Assembly: GCA_000092065.1 (NCBI GenBank)
Contig: CP000586.1
DNA length: 64,000 bases
Strand: one strand, 5' to 3'
Source of the DNA: Ostreococcus lucimarinus
Lineage: Eukaryota
Each line of letters opens with the position of its first letter. Position 1 is the stretch's first letter. Below, piece after piece: positions 17,693 to 27,911 of this stretch. The translations under genes and the position numbers were made by a program. The notes under the pieces are model-generated. The model worked only from the letters and a program-made list of their open reading frames with translations, was not told where the DNA came from and made no database searches.

Positions 17693-18643
17693 ATGACGAT
17701 GCCGATGACGACGCTCGCGAGCGCGTCGCGATCGCGACCCGGAACGACGACGACGACGACGACGACGACGGCGCGCGGTGGACGAATGCGCGCCTCGAGC
17801 CGCCACTCGAGTCGTCGAGGCGACCGCGTCGTCGGACGCGTCGCCGAGGGTGGGAAGAGCGAACGCGGACGCATGAAAGATGAAGAAGAGTACGCGAAAT
17901 TCGTCGAAGAGGCGCGAACGTGGACGGCGTACGATCCGGAAGCCGTGGGTGGGGAGAACGCGACGCCGCCGTGGGAAAAGGAATTGCAAGACGCCATGCG
18001 CGAGGGACCGTGGCCGTGCTGGGACGCGGACATTCCCGAGAGTGATTTCGTGGATGAACCTCGATTCATGTCGTTCACGAAACCTCCGGAGAAGTACGAC
18101 CCGTTCAAGGAGAAGATCGTGAATTACAAGGCCAAGGTGAAGGAGGAACAAAAGAGGGCGGTGGCGAAGACGCGGGAGGAGGTGAAGTCGCAGCGCTTCA
18201 TGTCCATGGCGGGTGACATACGGTTGAAGAATAAGTACGAAGACGACGAATCGGCGTGGGATCACGAGAAAATCGTGGAACTGATTAATTTTCCCGATGA
18301 CATCAGACACAAGATGATGAGCGTGAGCGTGGAGGTGTACGACCCTCGGTTTCCGTACGACTTCACGGGGATGGGCGCGCCTCCTTTGACGACGGAGGAG
18401 TTTTTAGAATCCATCGGTCGCTTGCAACCGGATGGTGAGTCCGATCTCGACCGCGTCGCGAAGTTGGCGGAAAAATACGGCTCAAAGGTACCGGAACTCG
18501 CCGAGGAAGATCCCGCTGCCATCTTGCAGACGCGCTCGACGTTTGAATTACAGAACGCGATGGACATCGGGGATGAAGGCGGCGTCGAAATCAGTAAAAC
18601 GGAGATTTCAGACCTCGTGGACAGCGATGACGAACTTCCTTAG
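17693..18643 (+). CDS. Conserved-looking hypothetical protein (Thr/Arg-rich presequence, acidic C-terminus)
   Basis: A clean ORF follows the ATG at 17693. The mature part EEEYAKFVEEARTWTAYDPEAV..WPCWDADIPESDFVDEPRFMSFTKPPEKYDPFKEKIVNYKAKV.. has non-repetitive, protein-like composition. No family recognised. Confidence 0.4.
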   Translation: MTMPMTTLASASRSRPGTTTTTTTTTARGGRMRASSRHSSRRGDRVVGRVAEGGKSERGRMKDEEEYAKFVEEARTWTAYDPEAVGGENATPPWEKELQDAMREGPWPCWDADIPESDFVDEPRFMSFTKPPEKYDPFKEKIVNYKAKVKEEQKRAVAKTREEVKSQRFMSMAGDIRLKNKYEDDESAWDHEKIVELINFPDDIRHKMMSVSVEVYDPRFPYDFTGMGAPPLTTEEFLESIGRLQPDGESDLDRVAKLAEKYGSKVPELAEEDPAAILQTRSTFELQNAMDIGDEGGVEISKTEISDLVDSDDELP

Positions 18644-18711
18644 ACTATTAGCCTACCAATGTGATTCGATTCAAATTCCTAGATTTTCTAAAGCTGCTTT
18701 GCGCGTTACGA

Positions 18712-19833
18712 TCACTTTGACGCCGTCATTGCTTTTCGTCTCGCCTCGGCGTACGTTTTCGCAAGTTCGCCATCGGGAGAGTAGAAGACGGCATCGACGA
18801 TAGAAGAACCCTCGCGCGCGCGTAATTCTACCTCCCACCCCAGTTGGTACTTGTCTAGATCCGCGAAACGCTCCTTGCGGCTCGCGTGTTCCTCTGGAAG
18901 GTCCGCGATCGGCCCTCTGGGCACTAAGATGTTCGCGTCGCTCGCGCTGAGCGTCTCTAACTGCGTCGCCCTCGTTTGCGTTGGAGCCATCGGTTGGACG
19001 ACGGGGCGGCTGATCTCAATCTTTGACAACGCCTCCTCCGCTTTCTCCATCGCTGTCTGCTTCGCCGCGGTCGCCTTCATCGTATCTTGGTCAAACGTAC
19101 CCGACGTCGTCGTCTCGTCCGTCACCGCGAGCGTGACGACTTCCAATCGACCTTTACACTCCTTGACGAGTTTGTCCAACGCTCGGTACGTCGACGGATC
19201 CATGGTAAACGTCACGCTCGCCTCGCTCGCGCTCAAGTCGTTGGTTTCTACTTTCCCGCTATTTTCTCGCACGAACGCCATCAAACTTTCCTCCTTTGCG
19301 CTCGGCACGACGGCGGCGAAGCGCATCTCCGCGCGCTTTATTGGAAATATTTCTTGCAGCTTTGGCAGCGCTTCCAACGCTTGTTGCTTGGCGCTTCGCT
19401 TGGGATCGACCGAAAAGTGTATGTCTCTCAGCGCACTTTCGATCATTCCCGGTGGATACGGTCTGTTCGTCCCCGGATTCACGCACTTTTCCACCAGCGT
19501 CGTCACCGCGTCCCGAAACGCGCTCTCGCTCTCCGCTTTCCTCTCCCTTTCGCTCACCTGCAGCTCTCCCTTGGCGAGGATGATCTCGCATATCTTCCCC
19601 CGATCCGTCGTCCCGTACGCCCTGACCAGCTCCTCGTCCCTCGCCACGACGCCCTTGCTCACGTTCACGTACACCTCGCTCGACTGCAGGACGTTGTCCA
19701 AATCCTTCTCGTGCCCTCGTCGGTAGCTCAGGACGGTGTTTTTGTAACACGCGATCTCGAACCGCGAGCCGTGAGTTTTGTGTCGCACCACGGCGACGTT
19801 GGTGAGTTTCTTGATTCCCACCGGTTGGAACAT
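18712..19833 (-). CDS. SBDS: SBDS (Shwachman-Bodian-Diamond) ribosome maturation factor with C-terminal extension
   Basis: The N-terminus [55 protein letters not shown] is near-identical to the SBDS consensus. ATG at 19833. Confidence 0.85.
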   Translation of the reverse strand: MFQPVGIKKLTNVAVVRHKTHGSRFEIACYKNTVLSYRRGHEKDLDNVLQSSEVYVNVSKGVVARDEELVRAYGTTDRGKICEIILAKGELQVSERERKAESESAFRDAVTTLVEKCVNPGTNRPYPPGMIESALRDIHFSVDPKRSAKQQALEALPKLQEIFPIKRAEMRFAAVVPSAKEESLMAFVRENSGKVETNDLSASEASVTFTMDPSTYRALDKLVKECKGRLEVVTLAVTDETTTSGTFDQDTMKATAAKQTAMEKAEEALSKIEISRPVVQPMAPTQTRATQLETLSASDANILVPRGPIADLPEEHASRKERFADLDKYQLGWEVELRAREGSSIVDAVFYSPDGELAKTYAEARRKAMTASK

Positions 19834-19914
19834 CGCGCCGCGCGCGCGGGAATGCGGCGCGGCGGGACGAATTCCCGCATTCCCGGGCGCGCGCGGGACG
19901 TCGGCCGAACGAAC
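19834..19914. promoter_or_regulatory. 81-bp bidirectional promoter/5-prime-UTR region between SBDS (minus) and LSM4 (plus)
   Basis: ATG codons of two well-supported divergent genes are 81 bp apart. GC-rich spacer gcgccgcgcgcgcgggaatgcggcgcggcgggacgaattcccgcattcccgggcgcgcgcgggacgtcggccgaacgaac contains an inverted-repeat-like gaatgcggcg...cgaattcccgcattc. Confidence 0.5.
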
Positions 19915-20262
19915 ATGCTTCCGTTGACGCTGCTCAAGACGTCGTGCGGGCACCCCATGCTGGTGGAGCTGAAGAATGGAGAGACGTACAACGGCACGCT
20001 GGCGTCGTGCGACACGTGGATGAACGTGCACCTGAAGGAGGTGATTTGCACCTCCAAGGATGGCGATCGGTTTTGGCGAATGGCGGAGTGTTACGTGCGC
20101 GGGAACACGATCAAGTACGTGTGCGTGCCGGACGAGGTGCTGGACGTGGTGAAGGAAGAGATGAAGAATCGTCCGCAGGGCGGCGGTCGAGGCGAGGGCG
20201 GTCGAGGCGGTCGCGGCGGTCGCGGCGGGCGCGGTCGCGGAGGCAGGGGACGAGGCGAGTGA
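19915..20262 (+). CDS. LSM4: U6 snRNA-associated Sm-like protein LSm4 with C-terminal RGG tail
   Basis: [75 protein letters not shown] is an Sm fold, followed by (GGRG)n. It is divergent from SBDS with an 81-bp spacer. Confidence 0.85.
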   Translation: MLPLTLLKTSCGHPMLVELKNGETYNGTLASCDTWMNVHLKEVICTSKDGDRFWRMAECYVRGNTIKYVCVPDEVLDVVKEEMKNRPQGGGRGEGGRGGRGGRGGRGRGGRGRGE

Positions 20263-20550
20263 GCGCGCGCGGTTCGCCGCGGGACGACGCGGCGACGCGT
20301 CGGAATAGCACACGTAGTTTGTCACACGAGTTACTTAGTCACGCGTTCGGCGCGGTTTTCCGCGCGTTTTCCGCCGTCTCGTCCCTCGCGCGTTCGCGCC
20401 GGTTCGAACCGGCGCGCGCGCGCGCGTTTCGCGCGCGCGTCGAGGGTTTAGGCTGTGCCGCGTCGATGGTTTCGGATGGGTCGGCGTCACACGCGCGCCG
20501 TTCGCGCGCGCGGTCGTCGCTCGATCGCGCGGTCGCGCGGTCGCGCTGAG

Positions 20551-23500
20551 ATGGAGCTTTTGCTCGAGTTCGACGACGACGCGCACTACCTCGACGACGA
20601 CGCCCGCGCGCGACGCCGCTCGACGTCGTCGTCCGCGGTCGTTGGGCGCTGGGCGCGGGACGACGACGACGACGACGACGACGAGACGTACGTCGCGGCG
20701 ACGCTGCGCCGAGCGGTGCGGCGATGCGCGCCCGGAAACGATGGAAGCGATGACGACGCGAACGATGCGTTCGAGGCGCTGACGCGATTCGTGAGCGATG
20801 GGGACGAGGACGCGCTCGCGCTGACGGTCATCAAGTTGTTGGAACTCGTGGGCGGGGACGCGGCGGTGATGATGGCGCGAGGAGACGATGAAGACGACGA
20901 TGGGAACGAAAATGTGGGAGAAAATGATGAACACGGACACGGGATGGACGTGGCGATCGCGAGATGCGACGCGGGGTACGTGAAATTGGGCGTGGAACTG
21001 GCGAGGACGATGCCGGAGACCAAGTACGGGCCGAGTCATCGAGGAGCGTTGTTGCGAGGCGTGCGGCACGTGTTGCGGTCGTACATGGGGAATTGTCACG
21101 CGGTGTGCGAACAAGGCGTGGTACAGGAGCTGCTGCGCTCGCTCGACGCGCTTTTGAGATCGAATGAAAACGGCAAAGCCGACGGTGATGTGAAAATCGT
21201 CGCCGAGTGCGCTCGACGCGCGGCGGGATTTTCCATGTCGGCGCTGGATTTGAAAGTGTGGCTAGAGTTAGCCGCGGCGAGCACGCCCGAATCTAGAGGG
21301 TTCCTGCTAGATCAACTCAACATGACGCTGCAGACGAGGTTTAGCACCGGTCCAGCGGAATTGTTCCTGTTGGATGGGGAAAGTAGCGGGATATTAGGCT
21401 CGGCGCAACCCAAGTGGCCGTTTACGGAAGGTTTGGCTTTTGTGACTTGGGTGTACTTGGAAAGCGTTTCTGCGTCAGAGACTACCGCTGCGTCAGCAGC
21501 ATCGTACGCTGCTGCCGCTTCAGCATCGCAGGTCGTGGATGCATCTCCACTCGCCGCCGCTGCAGTTGCCGCCGCCGCCGCGGGCGAAGACGAAGTGCAC
21601 ATGCCGCGGCTGTTTAGTTTTTTATCCGCCGAAGGACAAGGGGTTGAATGTTACTTTCACGATGGTTTCTTGATTTTAGAGACAAATGGTGTTAAAGAAT
21701 CCAGAATGACGCTCCCGTTCTCTCACAAATTCCCTCTCAAGCGATGGTTTTGCTTGGGAATTGAGCATAAACCAGCGAGCGTTCGAACCGGCGGAGCCGA
21801 AACCCGGCTGTACGTGAATGGTATATGTGTCGAAACCCACAAGTTTGATCTACCGAAAATAAGCAAGCCACTTGGGTTCTGTTGTATAGGTACAAATCCT
21901 CCAGCAGCTATGGCCGGGCTACAACGTAAGCGGCGTCAATGCGCACTGTTTGCAAGTCTCGGACCAGTGTACATTTTCAAACAGGCGCTTGGCGGTCATG
22001 CGATGAAGGCACTTTCAGCGCGTGGTGGATCTTATGTTCCGCGATTTTCATCGAACGATGACAAAGGAGGCGATGTCAACGTCGAAGATGTCTTAGATAA
22101 GGTATTAGCACCGACTATACTTCAGGTTCTCCATCCTCGAATGGCGAGCAAGAACTACGTCTTGGATATTTCTCCTGCAGGAGTGTCCATCGAGTCCAAA
22201 GCGGCCCTGTTGGGCGGCACAACTGTAGCGAGGCGCAACTTGATGCGAGACTCTATTTGGGCATCGTGTGAAAGTGGACCAGCCATCATGCTACCGTTCG
22301 CGTGTCCGTTGGTTAGCTCAAGGAATTTAGCACCGGAGATTTCAGATGCTCATGACGATTTCGCCAGTGCGGGTTTATCCATACGTTCAGTTATCGGAAT
22401 AATAGCCGGTGCGTGCGAAAACCATCCTCCAAACTTGAAAGTCATGGAAGACAAAAACGTCCCAAGTCTCTTGGCGCACGCTTTACCGTTCGCTATGGAT
22501 GCTCTACGTCGACAGTTTTCTGGCGACATTCTCGACGACGAGGAGGAAGCCATTCTTGACGCCATTGAGCATCTCTTATCCGTGTGTAAGAGCGAGAAAG
22601 TGTTATCAAAGCAGCTTCTTTCTACGCTTGTGTTGGACTTCAAACCTTGGAACGGCTCCGGAGCACGCGTAGTTCGGCGTCGCTTGAACATATGTTCTTC
22701 GCTCTGTAACACGAGCCCAGATTTGATGCAAGAAATTTCAGCGCTGCAACTTCTGTTTGATAATGGACGTCGTTGGCTTTCACCAGCGACGTCTCTAATG
22801 GGAGGAATACTGCATAGTAGTTCTACGAAGTCAGTTATGGATGATAGAGGAGAATTACGGGTATCAGAGAAGGAGTTGCTGGGATTGATAGACGACTTGT
22901 TGGTGTCCGTGAATTTACTCGTCAACACCAGTGAACACATGGACGCAAAAGTTGAAATCATAATCGGCTTTCTTGCAGAGTGCCCGTGCCCTCACATGCT
23001 CTCAGCTACCATAAAGCTAGTCCATTCAATGATTGTCTCACCTAAGGCTGATAGAGCGAACGAATTTTTATTTGCCTTTGTGTCCAAAGGAGGTGTCGAG
23101 GTCTGCATGGGTCTCATGCGCGCACTTGCTCTCCGAGGAAAATTTGATCATCAACTTCAGGGTGTGCAGGGCTTGTTTGCCGAATGTGTGAGATTATTTG
23201 GCTATATGTTAGAAACCGGGTGCGTGAGCGCAAATAAAACGACCGAAGTAGGCGGTAGCAAGAAGGTCACCAAGGGAAGCATAGAAAGAGCTGTTCGGTA
23301 TGCTTTCATCAAAGGCTCAGCTGAACTGCTAACAGTTGACGTGTACGAGGCGATCATTCAGTCCTCTATCTCAATCAATCTCGCAAGCATAAACATGACT
23401 GAGCCGGCTCGGCTCATCAGCGGTGGTATGCTTGGATCTATGCTCTCAACTCTACCGAAGTGCGAAGAGAGTGTGTCTAGTCGAGCGCTGAACGACGTCA

Positions 23501-26500
23501 TGTTGATTGCGTGCGCATACGCAGACAATCGCAACTTATTACTTTCTTTGCCCGAATTCCCAGAGTGGTTAGTGGAGATACTCGTGCAGTCCACAATCTC
23601 TAGCGCGTTGAGTGCTGCAAACGACCTGCTAATGATCCTGTTGCAACATTCAATGCGATTGCCGGATGGTTGGCGCGTTCTTGAGACAGTGATTGAATCG
23701 ATCAAGATGGTCACCAAAGATGATGTAAAAAAGCGAGCCGAAGTCCAGCAGCTAGTATTGCAAAGCTTGGCGACGTTTATGATCAGTGAGTTGAAAGGCA
23801 TAAGCGTTTCAGATGATAATCGAACAAAGAAGTCGAGAGAAAACCTGAGCGCAAACAGCAACGCAACGTTTGAAAACATCATCGCTTTGTTAGACATGAT
23901 TGAAGATCATTTGAGGTTACTTAGCGCTGAGTCACTATCGCCAATTCATTCATACGATATTGGTAAGATCTCGAACGCCCTAGTCTGCTACGGGGCATAC
24001 GCTACGGACTCAGCAAATGGATGGGTCAACCGTTGTCGCTTGATTGAAGGTCTCGTCGCGACGCCAAGCGCAGGTTCAACAGCAATGGGCGGTCAATCTC
24101 TCGAACTGCTACGTCTCACGCAGCAAATGATAAATTTTATGGTCGGTATGCAATGCACTGGTGCAGATTCATACTCACTGTTGCTGAAGGATGATGAGTT
24201 GGTCCTCTTATTTCTCAGACTCACTCTCGCGTATTTTCGCGAAGAAGATCTTCCAATAGATGACGATTCGTATGATAGCGCCCTACCGCTGATGCCGGCA
24301 CATATCGTGAATACACTGCCGTCGCTAACCTCCGGTAGTTCTTCGATTTCCGATGCGATTGTATTTGAGGCAAAGCATCTGTGGGGCACGACACAGTCGA
24401 GCGAGGCTGGTAAGAAGTTGGCAGTGTTGCACAACCTGCTTGTACCTCTGTTGCAAGCGGCATCGGTGCGTAAAACGGCTCGTCTCGCACCAGGAGCCAT
24501 AGCGCTTCTGTTAGACGAAGTTTGGCGGTACTCAAAACTCAAGGGACGAAAAGTGGTGTATATCAAGGCGATCACCACTTACTTGATCGCCTTGGTTGCT
24601 CGCTGGCGGGAAGTCATCGTTGCGGGCGAGAAGGATGATATCTCTCCAAAGCTGCGTTCGCTTGCATCAGGATCGTTGAGCTCAGCAATAATATCTCTAT
24701 GTTCAGCTGAGTGGACCAAGATACTCATGTCGTCAACAATCAAGGAAACGCTCATATGTGTAGTCAAATCAACGCCTATGGGTGAAACGCGAAACAGCGT
24801 CGTAGCCGCCCGAGGCCCAGATGCGACAGAGTCGAGACTGAGTGCGCAGAGAGCTGTTCATCACACAAGGACAGATACTTTCAAAAAGTTTGTGACGACT
24901 TGGGAAGGTGAATACGTGCACATCTCTATGTCGTCGAAATGGCTCGCAGCGCTCTCAAAGGAAGCTTCTAGACGTACTCTATCCATCGCCGCCGAAGGCG
25001 AAAAGAAAAGCGAAGTTATCGTCGCTTGGGAAGGTTACATGAGAGCCTTGCAAGCGAGTAATTCTCTGGTGACGAAAATTAAGGATGATGGCGATGTCGC
25101 ACGTTTAGGAATCGACCCATCAGAGAGCGGTAGACGACGTCGTTACTCTCTTTCTCGCATGGCGATGCGACAGCGTTTAACGCATTTGGCACCAGTCGAC
25201 TCAAAGGCGATGGAAATTAAGCTCCCTGTCCGACAACAGCATGACGCATCGGACGACGAAGATGACCTTCCTCTGAGTCCACAGCGATCGATGAACAACG
25301 AAGAGTTAAACGAGGTGATGGCTGCCACTGCCGCACTGGCAGTCGCGGCAAATCGTAGCGAAGTAAAGAAGTCCAATTATGAGTGTTCTGCGACAATGGT
25401 CACTCCTCTGGACATCTACAGTGGCAAATTCACAATCTCTGACAAGGAAATGATATTTTACACCGAAGACAACTCGCACGTCTGGTCTTGGCCCCTGGAG
25501 CATCTTCATCAAGTTCAAAGTCGAAGATATTTGCTTCGTCGAAGCGCTCTGGAATTTTTCATGCTAGACCGCATGACTTACTTTATTGATTTCGGTACTG
25601 CTGAACAAAGGCGGCAAGTTTTCCGCGTGTTGATCAAGCTGAAGCCCAAAAATTTCGTTCCACTCTATCTTGAGACCAGTAAGCCGGAAGCTTTGCTCCG
25701 CAAAAGTGATATCACGTCACGGTGGATTCGTCGTGAAATTTCAAATTTTGACTATATCATGGCGCTGAATACACTTGCCGGAAGAAGTTACCAAGACATA
25801 ACGCAGTATCCAGTGTTCCCGTGGGTTCTCACGGATTACACCTCGGAAACTCTAGATTTGAGCAATCCAGACGTGTATCGTGATTTGCGGAAGCCTATCG
25901 GAGCGCTGAACCCAGATCGACTTGCGAGAATCAAGGAGCGCTACGACTTTTTTGACGACCCTGAAATCCCGAAGTTTCATTACGGGAGTCATTATAGCTC
26001 ATCTGGAACGGTCTTATTCTATCTCTTGCGTGTCGATCCATTCACGACGCTCGCATATGAGCTGCAAGGTGGTAAATTTGATCATGCAGATAGACTTTTC
26101 CACGACATTGCTTCGACGTGGAAGAGTTGCTACAATGACATGAGTGACGTCAAAGAGCTTGTACCTGAATTCTTCTACCTTCCAGAAATGTTCAAAAATG
26201 TCAACAATATTGACTTCGGAGTCACTCAATCTGGTGAGAAAGTCGACGCCGTCATACTTCCTCCGTGGGCAAAATCACCGGAAGACTTCGTCGCAAAGCA
26301 GCGCGAGGCTCTTGAGAGTGACTACGTCAGTAAGAACCTTCACCACTGGGTCGATCTCATTTTTGGCTACAAGCAAAGAGGCAAAGCTGCAGAGTCTGCG
26401 TGTAATGTTTTCTACTATATGACCTATGAAGGTGCAGTTGACGTCGAAGCTATTCAAGATCCAATCCTGCTGAAGGCAACGCAGGATCAAATTGCTTGCT

Positions 26501-27846
26501 TCGGGCAAACTCCCTCGCAGCTTCTGACCATACCACATCCTGGTAGGCAACGCGCGGCTGATTCAGTTATCGGGTGCCATTGGTTATTTGATAACGGCGA
26601 CAAAGTGAACGACTACCTTCTCAATACACCAAGTTACGCTGACAACCGTGTCGCCTTCATGGACATTCTCTCCACCGGTCAACTAGTCGTAATATCCACA
26701 GCTTTGGAGATGAAGACGCATCGCTTCATGCCAAGTGTGCCAAGTGGTGCGGGGTTACCATTTACTTTTGAGCCTGCGAAAGAACAAAGCACGCTCGGTT
26801 CGTTCATGGGTTCGATTCGTCGACGAGCTGGATTTACTGATGTCACAGAAGCTGTGAAATTTAACGCCAAACTTGATCCAAAGCTGATCAAGCCTGGTCG
26901 AAAGCTTCCGTGCGCCATGCTTCCCGGCGGACGTCACGTGGTTATTGGTGGTCACGCCGATAACTCATTGAAGGTATTCAACTGCGAGAACGGGTCGATA
27001 GAGAGTAATGAAACGGGCCACCGCGCGCCTGTAATTTCGATTTCAATCTCCGCCGACGGGAGAGTTCTTGCGACTGGATCTGTCGACGGTACGATTGGAA
27101 TCTGGCTTATCAGAATACCAACGGAGAAAGTTACACTAGGTGAGAATCTACGAGAAACAATCGCTCCAATCATTCGAGTCGACGTCAACTCCATTTTCAA
27201 CGAAGGATCAACCGTTGCAAACGTCATTGATCGTTTGACAACTGACGATGCTCCGACGACAAAGATGACGCTAAATGGGCCCATTAGCTTACTGAAAGGG
27301 CATGGTGAGTCAATTACATCGCTCGCCATAAACACGAACTTGGATTTAATTTTGGCGGTGACTCCAGCTGCTGGGGCTTCTCTTTATTCCGTGATGAAAG
27401 GCGCCGCCATGGTCACATTTCCCAACCTTCGAGGTTCCCTTTGCGCTATTTCTGACGAAGCCTTTTTGGTTGTTTGGAACGAGTTGCAACGCACACTCAC
27501 TGTGGTATCATTGAATGGAAACATCATCTCAACAATTTCTTTGGTGGATACGTGTTCCACTTTAACCACGTTACTTGTTTCGAAGGACGGTTATCATCTC
27601 GTGGCTGGCACGGCATCCAGTGAGGGAAAAGTGGCTGTAGTTGCTTTTGACTTACCCTCGTTACGTTTGCGCCATCGCTGGGAGTTCGAATCGAATTCCG
27701 ACATCAGTCAAGTCGTCATGACGGCTGACAATACGAATATACTCGTCTCGACGCACGAAGGAGCCGTGAGGGTACTGGTAGATCCAAGTCTCGCGGCGCG
27801 AGTACTTGAGTCCGCTTTGCAAGCTGGCTGGTCGTCAGTCGTTTGA
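20551..27846 (+). CDS. BEACH-domain protein of the neurobeachin/LRBA/LvsA type (ConA-like lectin, PH-like, BEACH, C-terminal WD40)
   Basis: BEACH core ..DITQYPVFPWVLTDYTSETLDLSNPDVYRDLRKPIGALNPDRLARIKERY..FHYGSHYSSSGTVLFYLLRVDPFTT... An upstream ConA-like region and WD40-like repeats at the C-terminus are present. The ORF is 2.4 kaa with no stops; ATG preferred at 20551 (MELLLEF). Confidence 0.9.
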   Translation: MELLLEFDDDAHYLDDDARARRRSTSSSAVVGRWARDDDDDDDDETYVAATLRRAVRRCAPGNDGSDDDANDAFEALTRFVSDGDEDALALTVIKLLELVGGDAAVMMARGDDEDDDGNENVGENDEHGHGMDVAIARCDAGYVKLGVELARTMPETKYGPSHRGALLRGVRHVLRSYMGNCHAVCEQGVVQELLRSLDALLRSNENGKADGDVKIVAECARRAAGFSMSALDLKVWLELAAASTPESRGFLLDQLNMTLQTRFSTGPAELFLLDGESSGILGSAQPKWPFTEGLAFVTWVYLESVSASETTAASAASYAAAASASQVVDASPLAAAAVAAAAAGEDEVHMPRLFSFLSAEGQGVECYFHDGFLILETNGVKESRMTLPFSHKFPLKRWFCLGIEHKPASVRTGGAETRLYVNGICVETHKFDLPKISKPLGFCCIGTNPPAAMAGLQRKRRQCALFASLGPVYIFKQALGGHAMKALSARGGSYVPRFSSNDDKGGDVNVEDVLDKVLAPTILQVLHPRMASKNYVLDISPAGVSIESKAALLGGTTVARRNLMRDSIWASCESGPAIMLPFACPLVSSRNLAPEISDAHDDFASAGLSIRSVIGIIAGACENHPPNLKVMEDKNVPSLLAHALPFAMDALRRQFSGDILDDEEEAILDAIEHLLSVCKSEKVLSKQLLSTLVLDFKPWNGSGARVVRRRLNICSSLCNTSPDLMQEISALQLLFDNGRRWLSPATSLMGGILHSSSTKSVMDDRGELRVSEKELLGLIDDLLVSVNLLVNTSEHMDAKVEIIIGFLAECPCPHMLSATIKLVHSMIVSPKADRANEFLFAFVSKGGVEVCMGLMRALALRGKFDHQLQGVQGLFAECVRLFGYMLETGCVSANKTTEVGGSKKVTKGSIERAVRYAFIKGSAELLTVDVYEAIIQSSISINLASINMTEPARLISGGMLGSMLSTLPKCEESVSSRALNDVMLIACAYADNRNLLLSLPEFPEWLVEILVQSTISSALSAANDLLMILLQHSMRLPDGWRVLETVIESIKMVTKDDVKKRAEVQQLVLQSLATFMISELKGISVSDDNRTKKSRENLSANSNATFENIIALLDMIEDHLRLLSAESLSPIHSYDIGKISNALVCYGAYATDSANGWVNRCRLIEGLVATPSAGSTAMGGQSLELLRLTQQMINFMVGMQCTGADSYSLLLKDDELVLLFLRLTLAYFREEDLPIDDDSYDSALPLMPAHIVNTLPSLTSGSSSISDAIVFEAKHLWGTTQSSEAGKKLAVLHNLLVPLLQAASVRKTARLAPGAIALLLDEVWRYSKLKGRKVVYIKAITTYLIALVARWREVIVAGEKDDISPKLRSLASGSLSSAIISLCSAEWTKILMSSTIKETLICVVKSTPMGETRNSVVAARGPDATESRLSAQRAVHHTRTDTFKKFVTTWEGEYVHISMSSKWLAALSKEASRRTLSIAAEGEKKSEVIVAWEGYMRALQASNSLVTKIKDDGDVARLGIDPSESGRRRRYSLSRMAMRQRLTHLAPVDSKAMEIKLPVRQQHDASDDEDDLPLSPQRSMNNEELNEVMAATAALAVAANRSEVKKSNYECSATMVTPLDIYSGKFTISDKEMIFYTEDNSHVWSWPLEHLHQVQSRRYLLRRSALEFFMLDRMTYFIDFGTAEQRRQVFRVLIKLKPKNFVPLYLETSKPEALLRKSDITSRWIRREISNFDYIMALNTLAGRSYQDITQYPVFPWVLTDYTSETLDLSNPDVYRDLRKPIGALNPDRLARIKERYDFFDDPEIPKFHYGSHYSSSGTVLFYLLRVDPFTTLAYELQGGKFDHADRLFHDIASTWKSCYNDMSDVKELVPEFFYLPEMFKNVNNIDFGVTQSGEKVDAVILPPWAKSPEDFVAKQREALESDYVSKNLHHWVDLIFGYKQRGKAAESACNVFYYMTYEGAVDVEAIQDPILLKATQDQIACFGQTPSQLLTIPHPGRQRAADSVIGCHWLFDNGDKVNDYLLNTPSYADNRVAFMDILSTGQLVVISTALEMKTHRFMPSVPSGAGLPFTFEPAKEQSTLGSFMGSIRRRAGFTDVTEAVKFNAKLDPKLIKPGRKLPCAMLPGGRHVVIGGHADNSLKVFNCENGSIESNETGHRAPVISISISADGRVLATGSVDGTIGIWLIRIPTEKVTLGENLRETIAPIIRVDVNSIFNEGSTVANVIDRLTTDDAPTTKMTLNGPISLLKGHGESITSLAINTNLDLILAVTPAAGASLYSVMKGAAMVTFPNLRGSLCAISDEAFLVVWNELQRTLTVVSLNGNIISTISLVDTCSTLTTLLVSKDGYHLVAGTASSEGKVAVVAFDLPSLRLRHRWEFESNSDISQVVMTADNTNILVSTHEGAVRVLVDPSLAARVLESALQAGWSSVV

Positions 27847-27911
27847 GATTTTTAGCACAAAAATAGCATTCATGGTAATGAAACAGTTATTAGCACTTAG
27901 TTTTACAATTT

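Noticed and set aside
17515-18310. Upstream 265 codons of the 603-aa minus-strand ORF containing TlyA, and the 525-aa plus-strand ORF start at 17066
   Set aside because: The two long ORFs overlap each other antisense. The TlyA domain with its presequence begins at the ATG at 17515. The plus-strand gene has a plausible ATG at 17693. The overlapping extensions are Arg-rich and start at non-ATG codons.
19087-19914. 5-prime 276 codons of the 391-aa plus-strand ORF that ends in the LSm4 domain, and the antisense ORFs across SBDS (18851-19726, 19259-19750)
   Set aside because: LSm4 is a small protein starting at MLPLTLLK (19915). The upstream frame is antisense to the clearly conserved SBDS CDS and reads as poly-Arg/His.
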